Shown here: piece by piece, positions 40,209-49,090 of the stretch
How positions within the stretch are numbered: position 1 is the first letter of the stretch
Layout of the letters: each line of letters begins with the position of its first letter
Assembly (NCBI GenBank): GCA_001777665.1
Contig: MFEQ01000005.1
Span: 13,673 to 77,672 of the forward strand
From: Candidatus Doudnabacteria bacterium RIFCSPHIGHO2_02_FULL_42_25
GTDB lineage: Bacteria; Patescibacteriota; Doudnabacteria; UBA920; O2-02-FULL-48-8
Length of the DNA stretch: 64,000 nt
Reading direction: 5' to 3'
Position numbers and translations under genes: made by a program
The notes under the pieces: model-generated
Told to the model about the DNA's origin: nothing
The model's input: the letters and a program-made list of their open reading frames with translations, nothing else
Databases searched by the model: none

Positions 40209-40365
40209 ATAAATATTCTTTTATTTTTTCCCAGAATGCAATTCTGACACCCAGTAACTCCAGCCCCACAAACGCCAGCCACGATCCTGGTGTGAAAGGC
40301 GTGATTAATGCCAAAAGGCCTAAGATGATTAACAATATTCCTAAAATAGTTTTAGTAAGTTTCAT
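40177..40365 (-). CDS. Small membrane protein
   Basis: Hydrophobic; TPFTPGSW..GLELLG. Confidence 0.65.
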   Translation of the reverse strand: MKLTKTILGILLIILGLLALITPFTPGSWLAFVGLELLGVRIAFWEKIKEYLFRKNRDRRDS

Positions 40366-40708
40366 TAAGGTATTGAATTTGGTCTAGAGATGTTCCAGCA
40401 CCAGACAACATGGTTTTAACCAAAAAGAATGAAATAATAAGGGAAAAAACGGTTAACAAAGTACAAAATAAAGCCGCCTGACTGCCATCATCTTTGTCTG
40501 ATAAATAAAATTTAATCGCATAAATAAAACCAAGTGGTGGAAGGGCTAAAGATACTAAATACGCTATTCGCTTTTCCTTTACAGGAATCAAATTCCTTTC
40601 ATGTTTTTGCAACGCATTGATCATCAAACCGGCTACATCAATTTTTTTATCTGATGCACCTAATTTTGCGTACTCTTCAATTTCTTTTTCTAATTTATCT
40701 TCAGACAT
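40352..40708 (-). CDS. Membrane protein
   Basis: YLVSLALPPLG and two TM helices. Confidence 0.65.
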   Translation of the reverse strand: MSEDKLEKEIEEYAKLGASDKKIDVAGLMINALQKHERNLIPVKEKRIAYLVSLALPPLGFIYAIKFYLSDKDDGSQAALFCTLLTVFSLIISFFLVKTMLSGAGTSLDQIQYLNETY

Positions 40709-40713
40709 AAAAC

Positions 40714-41295
40714 TTAGTATAAAATTCTAAATAATTCTAAAAAGCCTTTCGAGTACAATGTATTGAAAATTATATTTCCCAAAAAAACTGCTCCTATTAG
40801 ATAGGTCATTCGGTATCTCAAAAATCCTAAAGGCACAACTATAATTTCATTTGGAAACGGGACGATAGAAGCGAATAAAAAAATGATTCCTAGTGGCAAA
40901 TACTGATGTTTGTCGCGGAGTTTATTTAGGCGCTGCATAACTTTTTGATTCAAAGCGTGAGAGAAAACTCCCCTGCCAGCGCGACCCAGAATATATGCCG
41001 CCACATCAGCAATCGTCATGCCTAGTGACAAGATAAGAATTGTCGTCCAAAAATTTAATCCTGATTCTATAAGAGCAGGGATAAACGAAACCGCAGGGAT
41101 AGGCACAACGAGGTTGAACCCACTGACTACTGCTGCTGCAAAAATTCCGAAATAACCGTAACGCGTAATTATTTCTTGAACGTATTGGTTATCCGAAGCT
41201 GCTACGCTAAGCCAAAAAGCAAATGCCAAAATCGCGACTAACAACGCTAGACTGACTAAAAATTTTATTTCAGGTGCTAAGTTTATCTTTCTCAT
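40714..41295 (-). CDS. DedA/VTT-domain membrane protein
   Basis: YGYFGIF, G..IAD..AY.LGR, PFPNE. Confidence 0.8.
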   Translation of the reverse strand: MRKINLAPEIKFLVSLALLVAILAFAFWLSVAASDNQYVQEIITRYGYFGIFAAAVVSGFNLVVPIPAVSFIPALIESGLNFWTTILILSLGMTIADVAAYILGRAGRGVFSHALNQKVMQRLNKLRDKHQYLPLGIIFLFASIVPFPNEIIVVPLGFLRYRMTYLIGAVFLGNIIFNTLYSKGFLELFRILY

Positions 41296-41355
41296 GATTA
41301 AAGTATAGCAGAGTTAAAACCAGGTACTGAAAAAGAAAAAGCCTAGCACTGTGCG

Positions 41356-42270
41356 CTAGGCAAACGAGACGTGGCTGGCATATTCCTGCATGAACTGCGG
41401 GAACTCTGGCCAGCTTTTACTCACGACGTGTGGATACTGGACTTTCACATCCACATGGTGTACTGCACCCCACATTACTATCGCTTGTACGACCCGGTGA
41501 TCTTTGGAAGTAACCGTTAGCCCTGCCTTAGCCCACCCGAGAGCTTTCTCTACTTCCTCGAACCGGTTGCTTTCGTGTCCAGCCAAACTCGGCCAGCGAT
41601 ATTCTGCCTCCGATCTCGTGATGTAGTCGAAGACGCGAGCGAAACAATAATCTTCAGGCTGGAGAGGAGTGAAGTTTGGACGCTTTCCGATCAACAGTTC
41701 ACGGAACGCCGATGCCTGGGCTCTGATCGTTTCGTCATACCTGGGTTCCCAGCAGAGTTTTTTTCTTCTTCTAGCATACCAGTGGTCCACGCCCTCGTAC
41801 GTTAACTTGAGTTTAAAGGGCGCATCAACCAAACGTTCCTTGTCACCCAGGAGCACTGCAGCACTTGCCCATTGCGAAGTTGGCTCACCCGGAAAGTTCA
41901 GAAGTGCTGTTTGGCTCAAGTAGACGATCGCAGGGTCTCGGCTTAACTTTCGCTTCTTCAGAGTACCTGAAGCTTTGAGTCGGAGTTTCAGTCCAAGCAT
42001 CCAGATCGCAAACTGCAGAAAACGGTAGAGCGTTCCTGATTCCCCGACATTGATCGTCCTGGCCTTAGGCCAAACTATACCGAGCAAAAACCAACGAAAG
42101 CTAAACTTAGAGTATCTCAACCATACGACGCAGGCTCGTTTCAGAGCCACTAGGTCGTCAGACAAGATAAGCTGTGCTGCTAAAAACTCTAGTATGTCAG
42201 GATAGCCGTAAATCAGATCGAGGATACCCATACGGATGATCCACGATTTATCGAGCGGTATATATTTCAT
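41356..42270 (-). CDS. Compact EPSP synthase (AroA)-like protein
   Basis: DKSW..R, GESGT..RF, SQW.SA, ESNR, DHR, KSWP motifs in 304 aa. Confidence 0.75.
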   Translation of the reverse strand: MKYIPLDKSWIIRMGILDLIYGYPDILEFLAAQLILSDDLVALKRACVVWLRYSKFSFRWFLLGIVWPKARTINVGESGTLYRFLQFAIWMLGLKLRLKASGTLKKRKLSRDPAIVYLSQTALLNFPGEPTSQWASAAVLLGDKERLVDAPFKLKLTYEGVDHWYARRRKKLCWEPRYDETIRAQASAFRELLIGKRPNFTPLQPEDYCFARVFDYITRSEAEYRWPSLAGHESNRFEEVEKALGWAKAGLTVTSKDHRVVQAIVMWGAVHHVDVKVQYPHVVSKSWPEFPQFMQEYASHVSFA

Positions 42271-42474
42271 CGTGAATCCTCCCTTCGAAATGTCTAATTA
42301 TATTATCGGAATTTTGAACTTTTGAAAAGTAAAAAAAACAGCACTAGGGCTGTTTTAAAAAAATCCGCAATTCCTTAATATATCTTAGTTAGTTCCGTCT
42401 AAATTAGTACTTCGGATGTAATTACACATTTTTTACGATTAAAATTTTATAGCAAATAACTCCTCGTATATCCA

Positions 42475-42804
42475 TTACTTTAATTTGATCATCACAGATT
42501 TATCCAAACCATATTTCTCTTTAACCCATTTATCTGCATCTTCTAAAACAAATTTGCCATAATCATTATCTGGGACAAGGGTTAAGTCTACTGACCATTT
42601 AAGTTTCTTATTTTTCTCTGGTGTCTTCATGAACAGAATAAAATCAACATCAGCGGGTCTGGATTTCTTAGTCGTAAAACTGCCTAACACATAAGCTTCA
42701 AAGATTGGTATTAGCTTACTTAATTGCTTAACAATTCTTTCAGCATTTCTCCACATCAGTTTACGATATTTTGAATCCAATAACTTTTTAGGGATTTTTT
42801 TCAT
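42475..42804 (-). CDS. Minimal nucleotidyltransferase-domain protein
   Basis: GSF......DVD motif. Confidence 0.8.
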   Translation of the reverse strand: MKKIPKKLLDSKYRKLMWRNAERIVKQLSKLIPIFEAYVLGSFTTKKSRPADVDFILFMKTPEKNKKLKWSVDLTLVPDNDYGKFVLEDADKWVKEKYGLDKSVMIKLK

Positions 42805-42811
42805 GGATAAT

Positions 42812-43225
42812 TTAATGGATCATGGATAGATTACCATTTATAACCACTGGCTGCATTGCTAAAATTTCGGAAGTATAAGACAGCTCTGGCAATGGATTGA
42901 GGACATATAGTTTTTTACCCAAAACGTGACCAAATGCCATTTCTATCAAAGTATTACCGCCAACATATCCTTGTACTCCTCGCTTCTCTGGATTTACTAC
43001 CAGAACCACATCATAATTTTTCATCTTTTCAAAGTAGCCTCGGATTAAATCATGCTTGATCTTATCTTCAGCTTTTTCCTCAACACTAACTTCTGTCCGT
43101 CCTCTCAATTCTAAATTCTTCACACCTTCAGGAATTTCAACTTCGTATCTCATATCCTCAAGTTTTTTCTTTGCTGATAAAATTTCTTCCGCTGCACTTA
43201 TGGAACCACAAATGATTATTTTCAT
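42812..43225 (-). CDS. Conserved hypothetical protein (nucleoside deoxyribosyltransferase-like fold suspected)
   Basis: KIIICGS, DVVLVVN, GYVG..TL.E. Confidence 0.6.
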   Translation of the reverse strand: MKIIICGSISAAEEILSAKKKLEDMRYEVEIPEGVKNLELRGRTEVSVEEKAEDKIKHDLIRGYFEKMKNYDVVLVVNPEKRGVQGYVGGNTLIEMAFGHVLGKKLYVLNPLPELSYTSEILAMQPVVINGNLSMIH

Positions 43226-43227
43226 AT

Positions 43228-43854
43228 TTATAATTTAATTTCTTCACCCATACCAACTAATTGATAGCTATTATCCTTAATAAGAATTGCTTGTTGATCA
43301 GTTAAAACTTTCACCGGATATTTAGATTTAATTATATGCGGTTTTAATATTTCCGCATATTCTGGCTTATAATGCACCGACATCAGAAACGGCACTAGAG
43401 TCATTCCAGTAAAATCAGTAAGCCCAAATACTTCGGGCTGTTCTTTTTTCCAAAGAGACATTTCAATTGTAGGACAAGCAATATAACTGCCGGCACTGAC
43501 ACCAATATAAATTACACCCTGATCAAGCAATTCTTTGATTATTTTGTCAAAACCAGATGACCTAACATGTTTAAGCAGCCAAAAAGTATTTCCGCCTTGA
43601 ACATAGATTATATCCTTTTTAGTCAGCAATGATTTTAGTTCTTGTTCTGTTTTACCTTCCAAATCAATCTCTTTAACATCAAAGTCGACGTCCTGCATAG
43701 CTTTTATTTCTCGGTAATAATAATCCTTCTTTTTTTGTTTATTTACGGCAGTAATAATATGAGCTATTTTAATTTGATTCGCTGGCTTGGGAAGAATTTT
43801 AAGAATTTGATCCTTAACATTCATCCCAGCCGAGGTTAAAAGTAATGTTCTCAT
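43228..43854 (-). CDS. Peptidase S51 (peptidase E) family
   Basis: LLLTSAG, GGNTFWL, GVSAG, VHY. Confidence 0.92.
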   Translation of the reverse strand: MRTLLLTSAGMNVKDQILKILPKPANQIKIAHIITAVNKQKKKDYYYREIKAMQDVDFDVKEIDLEGKTEQELKSLLTKKDIIYVQGGNTFWLLKHVRSSGFDKIIKELLDQGVIYIGVSAGSYIACPTIEMSLWKKEQPEVFGLTDFTGMTLVPFLMSVHYKPEYAEILKPHIIKSKYPVKVLTDQQAILIKDNSYQLVGMGEEIKL

Positions 43855-43879
43855 GGTTACTTATATAACAAAATTGCTT

Positions 43880-44004
43880 GAACGTGACCAGTTCTACAAA
43901 TATTAAAACCCTCGTTAAAAGCTTGAGGTATCGAGCGACCAACCCCTCAAAGAGGACTCTAATTTCGATACCTTTGACGCCGAATCCTTCGCTGTGGTTA
44001 GCTC
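43880..44004 (-). ncRNA. Candidate structured ncRNA with 6S-like rod and bubble
   Basis: Perfect 9-bp stem 43926-43934 with 43965-43973, inner hairpin, imperfect closing stem. Confidence 0.35.
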
Positions 44005-44021
44005 TATACAAAATTCTTTTC

Positions 44022-44096
44022 TGGCTGGGGAGGAAGGATTCGAACCTTCGCGTGATGGATTCAGAGTCCATTGCCTTACCGCTTGGCTACTCCCCA
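44022..44096 (-). tRNA. tRNA-Gln (anticodon CTG)
   Basis: Cloverleaf; anticodon arm ATGGA-ctCTGaa-TCCAT; GGTTCGAATCC; encoded CCA. Confidence 0.97.
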
Positions 44097-44252
44097 AAGC
44101 TATTTGATTTTAACGTTTTTACCAGTTTTATTCAACCGTTCAGAGCTAGACAACCTTTTAGAAATTTTACCTCTGTTTGTTTCCATGTTTGCATACATGC
44201 AAACAAATGTGAGAAATAACGAAACAACCTTACTTGAAGTCTCTATATAAAG

Positions 44253-44954
44253 TTACTTGAATAGACTATGCTTTATTAAGGCCATTAGTGAATCTATCTG
44301 ACCTTTAAAGTTCATGTGCTTGCCTTGATGATGAGTGCGGGGTTTGTATGAAATCGGAACTTCAAAAATCTTATAACCGAGTTTAGACACTTTCGCAGTG
44401 ACTTCTGGCTCGAACCCAAATCGCTTCGATTCCAATGTTGGAAAAACCCGGTCTATAACTTCTCTATTGAAAGCTTTGTAGCAAGTCATAATATCGGTAA
44501 TTTTTTGCGACATTAAAATATTCCCAACGCCGGTAAATAATTTATTAAACTGAGTGTGAAGAAAACTTAATCCAGACGTTGGAGTAAGATAGCGAGATCC
44601 ATAAACCACTTGGGCGCTATTTTCAAAAAACGGTCTCAATACTTTTTCGATTTCGTGTGGATCGTACTCGAGGTCTGCATCTTGAATCACTGCGATATCA
44701 CCTGTAGCTGCTAGAAATCCAGCATGTAATGCCGCACCCTTACCTTTATTTTCTGACTGAAAAATAACTTTGATATTCGGTTCCTGAATTTTTCTCAAAA
44801 TTTCTCTGCTCCTATCAGTCGAAAAATCATCCACTAAAATTATTTCTCTTTCCAAATTTAAAACATTTGCTTTCTTGACCTGTTCTAAAACTGATTCAAG
44901 GGTTACTTCTTCATTGTATACTGGGATGACTATACTAACTTTTCGATATTCCAT
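44253..44954 (-). CDS. GT2 glycosyltransferase (DPM1-like)
   Basis: IVIPVYNE, VDDFSTD, NKGKG, QDADLEYDP. Confidence 0.95.
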   Translation of the reverse strand: MEYRKVSIVIPVYNEEVTLESVLEQVKKANVLNLEREIILVDDFSTDRSREILRKIQEPNIKVIFQSENKGKGAALHAGFLAATGDIAVIQDADLEYDPHEIEKVLRPFFENSAQVVYGSRYLTPTSGLSFLHTQFNKLFTGVGNILMSQKITDIMTCYKAFNREVIDRVFPTLESKRFGFEPEVTAKVSKLGYKIFEVPISYKPRTHHQGKHMNFKGQIDSLMALIKHSLFK

Positions 44955-45006
44955 GAGGATATTCTAACATACTGATAAAAAAAGAAGCCGACTTGCTCAA
45001 GGTCAG

Positions 45007-45474
45007 CTAAATCAAATTCCTGCCGTCAGGGTGAAGCGGTGTCTCGAAATCGTTCTTAGTGTCTTCTTCGTAAAGCTCTTTCAGCCGAGAACCCCATTCA
45101 GCGATTTCGTCCATTTCTTTTGGGTTATATAACGTATCCTTTCGGACGTATCGTTTCGTGAGGAGATTGCCGTCGTTAAACTCTCTAGTTACCTGGAAAG
45201 TTTCGTTCTCCCCTTCACCATACCAGCAGAATGCGACGAATCTGTACGTCTCCGATTCCCAACGATCACGAATGACCAGTAGTTCCGCGTCCGTGGGACA
45301 TCTCACATGTACCCTGAACGCCTGCTCCGCTACTTCCCAGTCTACTCCTGATCTTGACTCCACTTCTGGCCAACCAGCGAGCAGCATCACTGTGAACACG
45401 AGCGTCAGAGGCCCAAACGTCACCATGAATCCCTTCGATGGTGAAGATGGGAACGACAGCGGACGCATAAACAT
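45007..45474 (-). CDS. Hypothetical exported protein (SD-led)
   Basis: GGGAGG SD before ATG 45474; hydrophobic N-terminal region. Confidence 0.6.
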   Translation of the reverse strand: MFMRPLSFPSSPSKGFMVTFGPLTLVFTVMLLAGWPEVESRSGVDWEVAEQAFRVHVRCPTDAELLVIRDRWESETYRFVAFCWYGEGENETFQVTREFNDGNLLTKRYVRKDTLYNPKEMDEIAEWGSRLKELYEEDTKNDFETPLHPDGRNLI

Positions 45475-45539
45475 CGGCTTTCCTCCCTTTCCGAAAACGT
45501 ATTTATAATATATCCTATTCAAACGAAGGAGACAAATAA

Positions 45540-45803
45540 ATGTTTGGACAACTAAAAGATTTATATAATTTACAAAAACAAGCGAAGGAATTACAAAAAC
45601 AACTTGAAAACGAGAAGGTTGCTGTATCTTCCTCAGATAATTCTGTGACTATTACTATAAATGGTAACCATGAATTGCTCGACATTCAAATCCACAATAC
45701 TGATTCAAAAGAAGCCCTGGCTCGTGCAATAAAAGAGGCTTATGCCGTAGCCGAAGCGCAACTAAAATCCATTCTCGCTGAAAAATTTAAGGGAATGATT
45801 TAA
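45540..45803 (+). CDS. YbaB/EbfC nucleoid-associated protein
   Basis: MFGQLKDLY.LQKQAKELQKQL..V.ITING. Confidence 0.9.
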   Translation: MFGQLKDLYNLQKQAKELQKQLENEKVAVSSSDNSVTITINGNHELLDIQIHNTDSKEALARAIKEAYAVAEAQLKSILAEKFKGMI

Positions 45804-45804
45804 T

Positions 45805-45954
45805 TCCCCCTCTTAGAATAAGAGATGCTCCCTCCCTCATCAGCCGCCGGGGGCTGGGTTAGGGGGAGTTAGATCCCAAGGATTAAACAGCAGCCTAACA
45901 CCTTATAAATAACCCCTCCTAACCTCCCCTTATATTAAGGGGAGGAACAACTGC
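45805..45954. repeat. GC-rich composite REP-like palindrome, copy 2
   Basis: Shares its core with 36181-36206; 17-nt tail is identical to 50384-50400. Confidence 0.75.
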
Positions 45955-46033
45955 AACGGGTTGAAAACTCAAGTAAAATCAGCTATAATAACAATGGCTT
46001 AAATAGCCATTTTATTATTATTTTTGAACAATT

Positions 46034-48031
46034 ATGCTCGAAGAATCGAATATTATAGCGCTCTCAATAATCGCAGGCATTGCTGCGATCGGTTATGGTC
46101 TGATTCTTACAAACTATGTGCTAAGAAAATCTCCTGGTAATCACAAGATGCAAGAAATAGCCACGGCTATTCAGCAAGGTGCCCAGGCTTATTTAGCGCG
46201 CCAATACAAAACTGTTGGGATCGTAGCCGTGATATTAGTTATTATAATTTGGAAATTTTTGGGCATAAATACAGCCGTCGGATTTTTAGTCGGGGCCATT
46301 GCTTCTGCTGCGGCTGGCTACATCGGGATGTACGTGGCTGTCAGAGCCAACGTACGCACTGCTGAAGCTGCTAAGTCTGGTTTGAAGCCAGCATTTGATT
46401 TAGCTTTCAAAGGCGGAGCTGTAACAGGCCTGTTTGTTGTTGGATTAGGCCTTCTTGCAGTGACAATTTTCTATCAATTCACACATGACATCAAGGCTTT
46501 GATCGGGCTTGGATTTGGTGGGAGTTTAATCTCTGTATTTGCCAGACTCGGTGGTGGAATTTTTACCAAAGGTGCTGATGTTGGTGCAGACTTAGTCGGA
46601 AAAATCGAAGCTGGTATTCCTGAAGATGACCCACGCAACCCAGCAGTTATAGCTGACAATGTCGGTGACAACGTCGGAGATGATGCAGGTATGGCTGCAG
46701 ATTTATTTGAAACTTACGCAGTCACTACTATCGCCGCTATGCTTTTGGGTAGTATTTTATTCCCTGACAACTCAGCATATGTACTCTATCCATTGGTTCT
46801 AGGAGCCATTTCTATTTTTGCATCTATTATCGGTATGTTCTTTGTCCGACTCTCGGGCGAAGGGATTATGGCCGCACTTTACAAAGGACTGGTTGCTTCT
46901 GGTGTACTGGCTTTCTTGGGATTCTGGTGGGCCACAGGACGCACGTTCAAAGGCGAGGCTAGTTCTGACATGTTGATTTGTGCTTTCGTTGGACTCGCCG
47001 TAACTGGTGCGATTGTTCTTATCACTGAATACTACACATCGAAAAAATTCAATCCGGTTCAATCAATCGCAAAGGCTTCCACCACAGGTCATGGAACGAA
47101 CATTATTACTGGGCTCGCGGTCTCCATGCAATCAACAGCCCTGCCTGTGCTTTCAATTCTTGCAGGAATTTTAATTTCCTATGAATTTGGGGGGATCTAT
47201 GGATCTGCTATTGCAGTAGTTTCTATGTTGTCTATGGCTGGAATTATAGTGGCCATAGATGCATTCGGTCCTATCACAGACAACGCTGGAGGGATTGCCG
47301 AAATGTCAGGTCTTCCTGAAGATGTTCGTAAGTCCACTGACGCTCTGGACGCTGTCGGAAATACCACCAAAGCCGTCACCAAGGGCTACGCTATCGCTTC
47401 TGCCGGGCTTGCTGCTGTAGTGTTGTTTGCATCATACACTAAAGAGTTAGAAGCTTTGGGTCAACACGTTAAATTCGATTTATCTGATGTAACTGTTCTT
47501 GCAGGATTAGTTATCGGAGCTCTACTTCCTTACTTGTTTGCATCTATGGCTATGCAAGCTGTGGGCAAAGCTGGTCATGCTGTAGTCGAAGAAGTCCGTA
47601 GACAATTCCGAGAAATTCCAGGAATCATGGAAGGCACAGCCAAACCTAAATACGGCAAAGCTGTAGACATCGTAACCAAAGCCGCGATCAAGGAAATGGT
47701 AGTACCAGCTCTACTCCCTGTCGTTGTCCCAATCATAGTTGGATTCACTCCATTCCTTGGAGTTAAGGCTTTAGGCGGAGTTTTGGTTGGATCAATCATC
47801 ACAGGATTATTTGTCGCGATCTCTATGACCTCAGGTGGTGCTGCTTGGGATAATGCCAAAAAATTCATAGAAGAAGGCAACTACGGTGGGAAAAAATCAT
47901 TTGCTCACCAAGCTGCAGTTACTGGAGACACTGTCGGGGACCCATACAAAGACACCGCAGGACCAGCCATCAACCCGATGATTAAAATTATAAATATAGT
48001 AGCACTGTTGATCATTAGCTTTATCGTTTAG
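46034..48031 (+). CDS. hppA: Membrane pyrophosphatase, K+-independent type (likely H+-PPase)
   Basis: [24 protein letters not shown] (Lys marks the K+-independent type), [11 protein letters not shown]. Confidence 0.96.
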   Translation: MLEESNIIALSIIAGIAAIGYGLILTNYVLRKSPGNHKMQEIATAIQQGAQAYLARQYKTVGIVAVILVIIIWKFLGINTAVGFLVGAIASAAAGYIGMYVAVRANVRTAEAAKSGLKPAFDLAFKGGAVTGLFVVGLGLLAVTIFYQFTHDIKALIGLGFGGSLISVFARLGGGIFTKGADVGADLVGKIEAGIPEDDPRNPAVIADNVGDNVGDDAGMAADLFETYAVTTIAAMLLGSILFPDNSAYVLYPLVLGAISIFASIIGMFFVRLSGEGIMAALYKGLVASGVLAFLGFWWATGRTFKGEASSDMLICAFVGLAVTGAIVLITEYYTSKKFNPVQSIAKASTTGHGTNIITGLAVSMQSTALPVLSILAGILISYEFGGIYGSAIAVVSMLSMAGIIVAIDAFGPITDNAGGIAEMSGLPEDVRKSTDALDAVGNTTKAVTKGYAIASAGLAAVVLFASYTKELEALGQHVKFDLSDVTVLAGLVIGALLPYLFASMAMQAVGKAGHAVVEEVRRQFREIPGIMEGTAKPKYGKAVDIVTKAAIKEMVVPALLPVVVPIIVGFTPFLGVKALGGVLVGSIITGLFVAISMTSGGAAWDNAKKFIEEGNYGGKKSFAHQAAVTGDTVGDPYKDTAGPAINPMIKIINIVALLIISFIV

Positions 48032-48062
48032 AAATAAATTAAAAACAATCTAAAAAATGACC

Positions 48063-48090
48063 ACCCCGGACTTGATCCGGGGTCTCTTTT
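48063..48090 (+). terminator. REP-derived hairpin/terminator
   Basis: ACCCCGGA-cttga-TCCGGGGT followed by T-rich sequence. Confidence 0.7.
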
Positions 48091-48102
48091 TAGGTATACT
48101 TA

Positions 48103-48429
48103 ATGCCAAGAATTCCAAGGGGGTTGTTGCAAATGACCGAGGCCTTGTTAATGATGCTTGAGGATCACGATCTCGTGCGAATACCGGGGGTGCAAGCGTT
48201 TCTAGAAATTGTCCCCAGTGGCGGCGCTCGTCTCCATTTGGTACGAGGCAAAGATACGTTGGTGGCAGATTTCAGGACCTCGCGCGTACTCGAGACCAGA
48301 TCTGGTAGACCCACTATCACGCTTCTACCTCATAAGGACGGTGCGGTATTTCAGATGAAATACGAAGGCGAAAGGATCCAAGCCGCCGTCGAGTCGACTG
48401 ATTGGAATCGATTAGTCAAAACATCGTAG
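48103..48429 (+). CDS. Hypothetical protein (GC-richer)
   Basis: 108-aa ORF after a TATACT box. Confidence 0.5.
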   Translation: MPRIPRGLLQMTEALLMMLEDHDLVRIPGVQAFLEIVPSGGARLHLVRGKDTLVADFRTSRVLETRSGRPTITLLPHKDGAVFQMKYEGERIQAAVESTDWNRLVKTS

Positions 48430-48461
48430 GTACCGCCTGACTCTTCAGCGATGCCTCTTTT

Positions 48462-48512
48462 TTATTTCACAGTTTCTATAATTCCACCACCTAGCAATTC
48501 TTCGCCAGCGTA
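48462..48512 (-). pseudogene. Displaced second copy of the mnmA 3' end
   Basis: Encodes YAGEELLGGGIIETVK*, versus YSGEELLGGGIIDRIV* in mnmA. Confidence 0.85.
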
Positions 48513-48622
48513 ATTTTGCCAAAAAGAAAACCGCAGTTCTTGTAACCACGGCTTGTGTCCTCCTAACCCTTTACAGTGGTAAAAGAGGATTCTGTCGGAG
48601 GTGAACTCGGCGGAATGTCGAT

Positions 48623-49078
48623 CTATGAGAGATATCTTCCTCGATGAACCACCAACTTACGTATCTGTGCAGCGACTTGACTTGGAAGACCCTCGAGGTA
48701 CTTATCCCGTAGATCATAGAAAAGGTAGACTGCTGGGTCGCGACGTTGGTAACGAAGACGCATCCTTGGATTCGACTTTACGGCTACATAGTAGGGCTCG
48801 GAGAATTGTGCTTCCTTCATGCCTTTGACCCAATAAACATGAAGGCGACGATTTTTGGCTTTGTCAGTTGCGTTAACCGCAACCTTCTCCTTTTCCTCGC
48901 TTTCTTCTCCGATGGAGATGGTGTAGACTCGATCGGGTAATTGCAGCCGATACTCAGTTTGCCATCCCGCCTGACGCGACTCTGGATCAATGGGCCTTGC
49001 GACCCATCTTTCTGCGCTTTGAACGTGCGCTGGGATGACGCTGAATAGCAAGATCACCGATAACAACCCGTTCCGCAT
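48623..49078 (-). CDS. Hypothetical secreted protein (SD-led)
   Basis: AGGAGG SD right after the mnmA stop; signal-peptide-like N-terminus. Confidence 0.7.
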   Translation of the reverse strand: MRNGLLSVILLFSVIPAHVQSAERWVARPIDPESRQAGWQTEYRLQLPDRVYTISIGEESEEKEKVAVNATDKAKNRRLHVYWVKGMKEAQFSEPYYVAVKSNPRMRLRYQRRDPAVYLFYDLRDKYLEGLPSQVAAQIRKLVVHRGRYLS

Positions 49079-49090
49079 GTACTCCTCCTG

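Noticed and set aside
44188-44203. Palindrome TTTGCATACATGCAAA upstream of the tRNA promoter
   Set aside because: Single short occurrence; cannot be distinguished from chance.
43814-44219. ORFs overlapping tRNA-Gln
   Set aside because: Shadow ORFs over RNA sequence with no protein motifs.
46474-47880. Antisense ORFs within hppA (similar ones occur in secD, secF and pyrG)
   Set aside because: Reverse-frame shadows of conserved genes.
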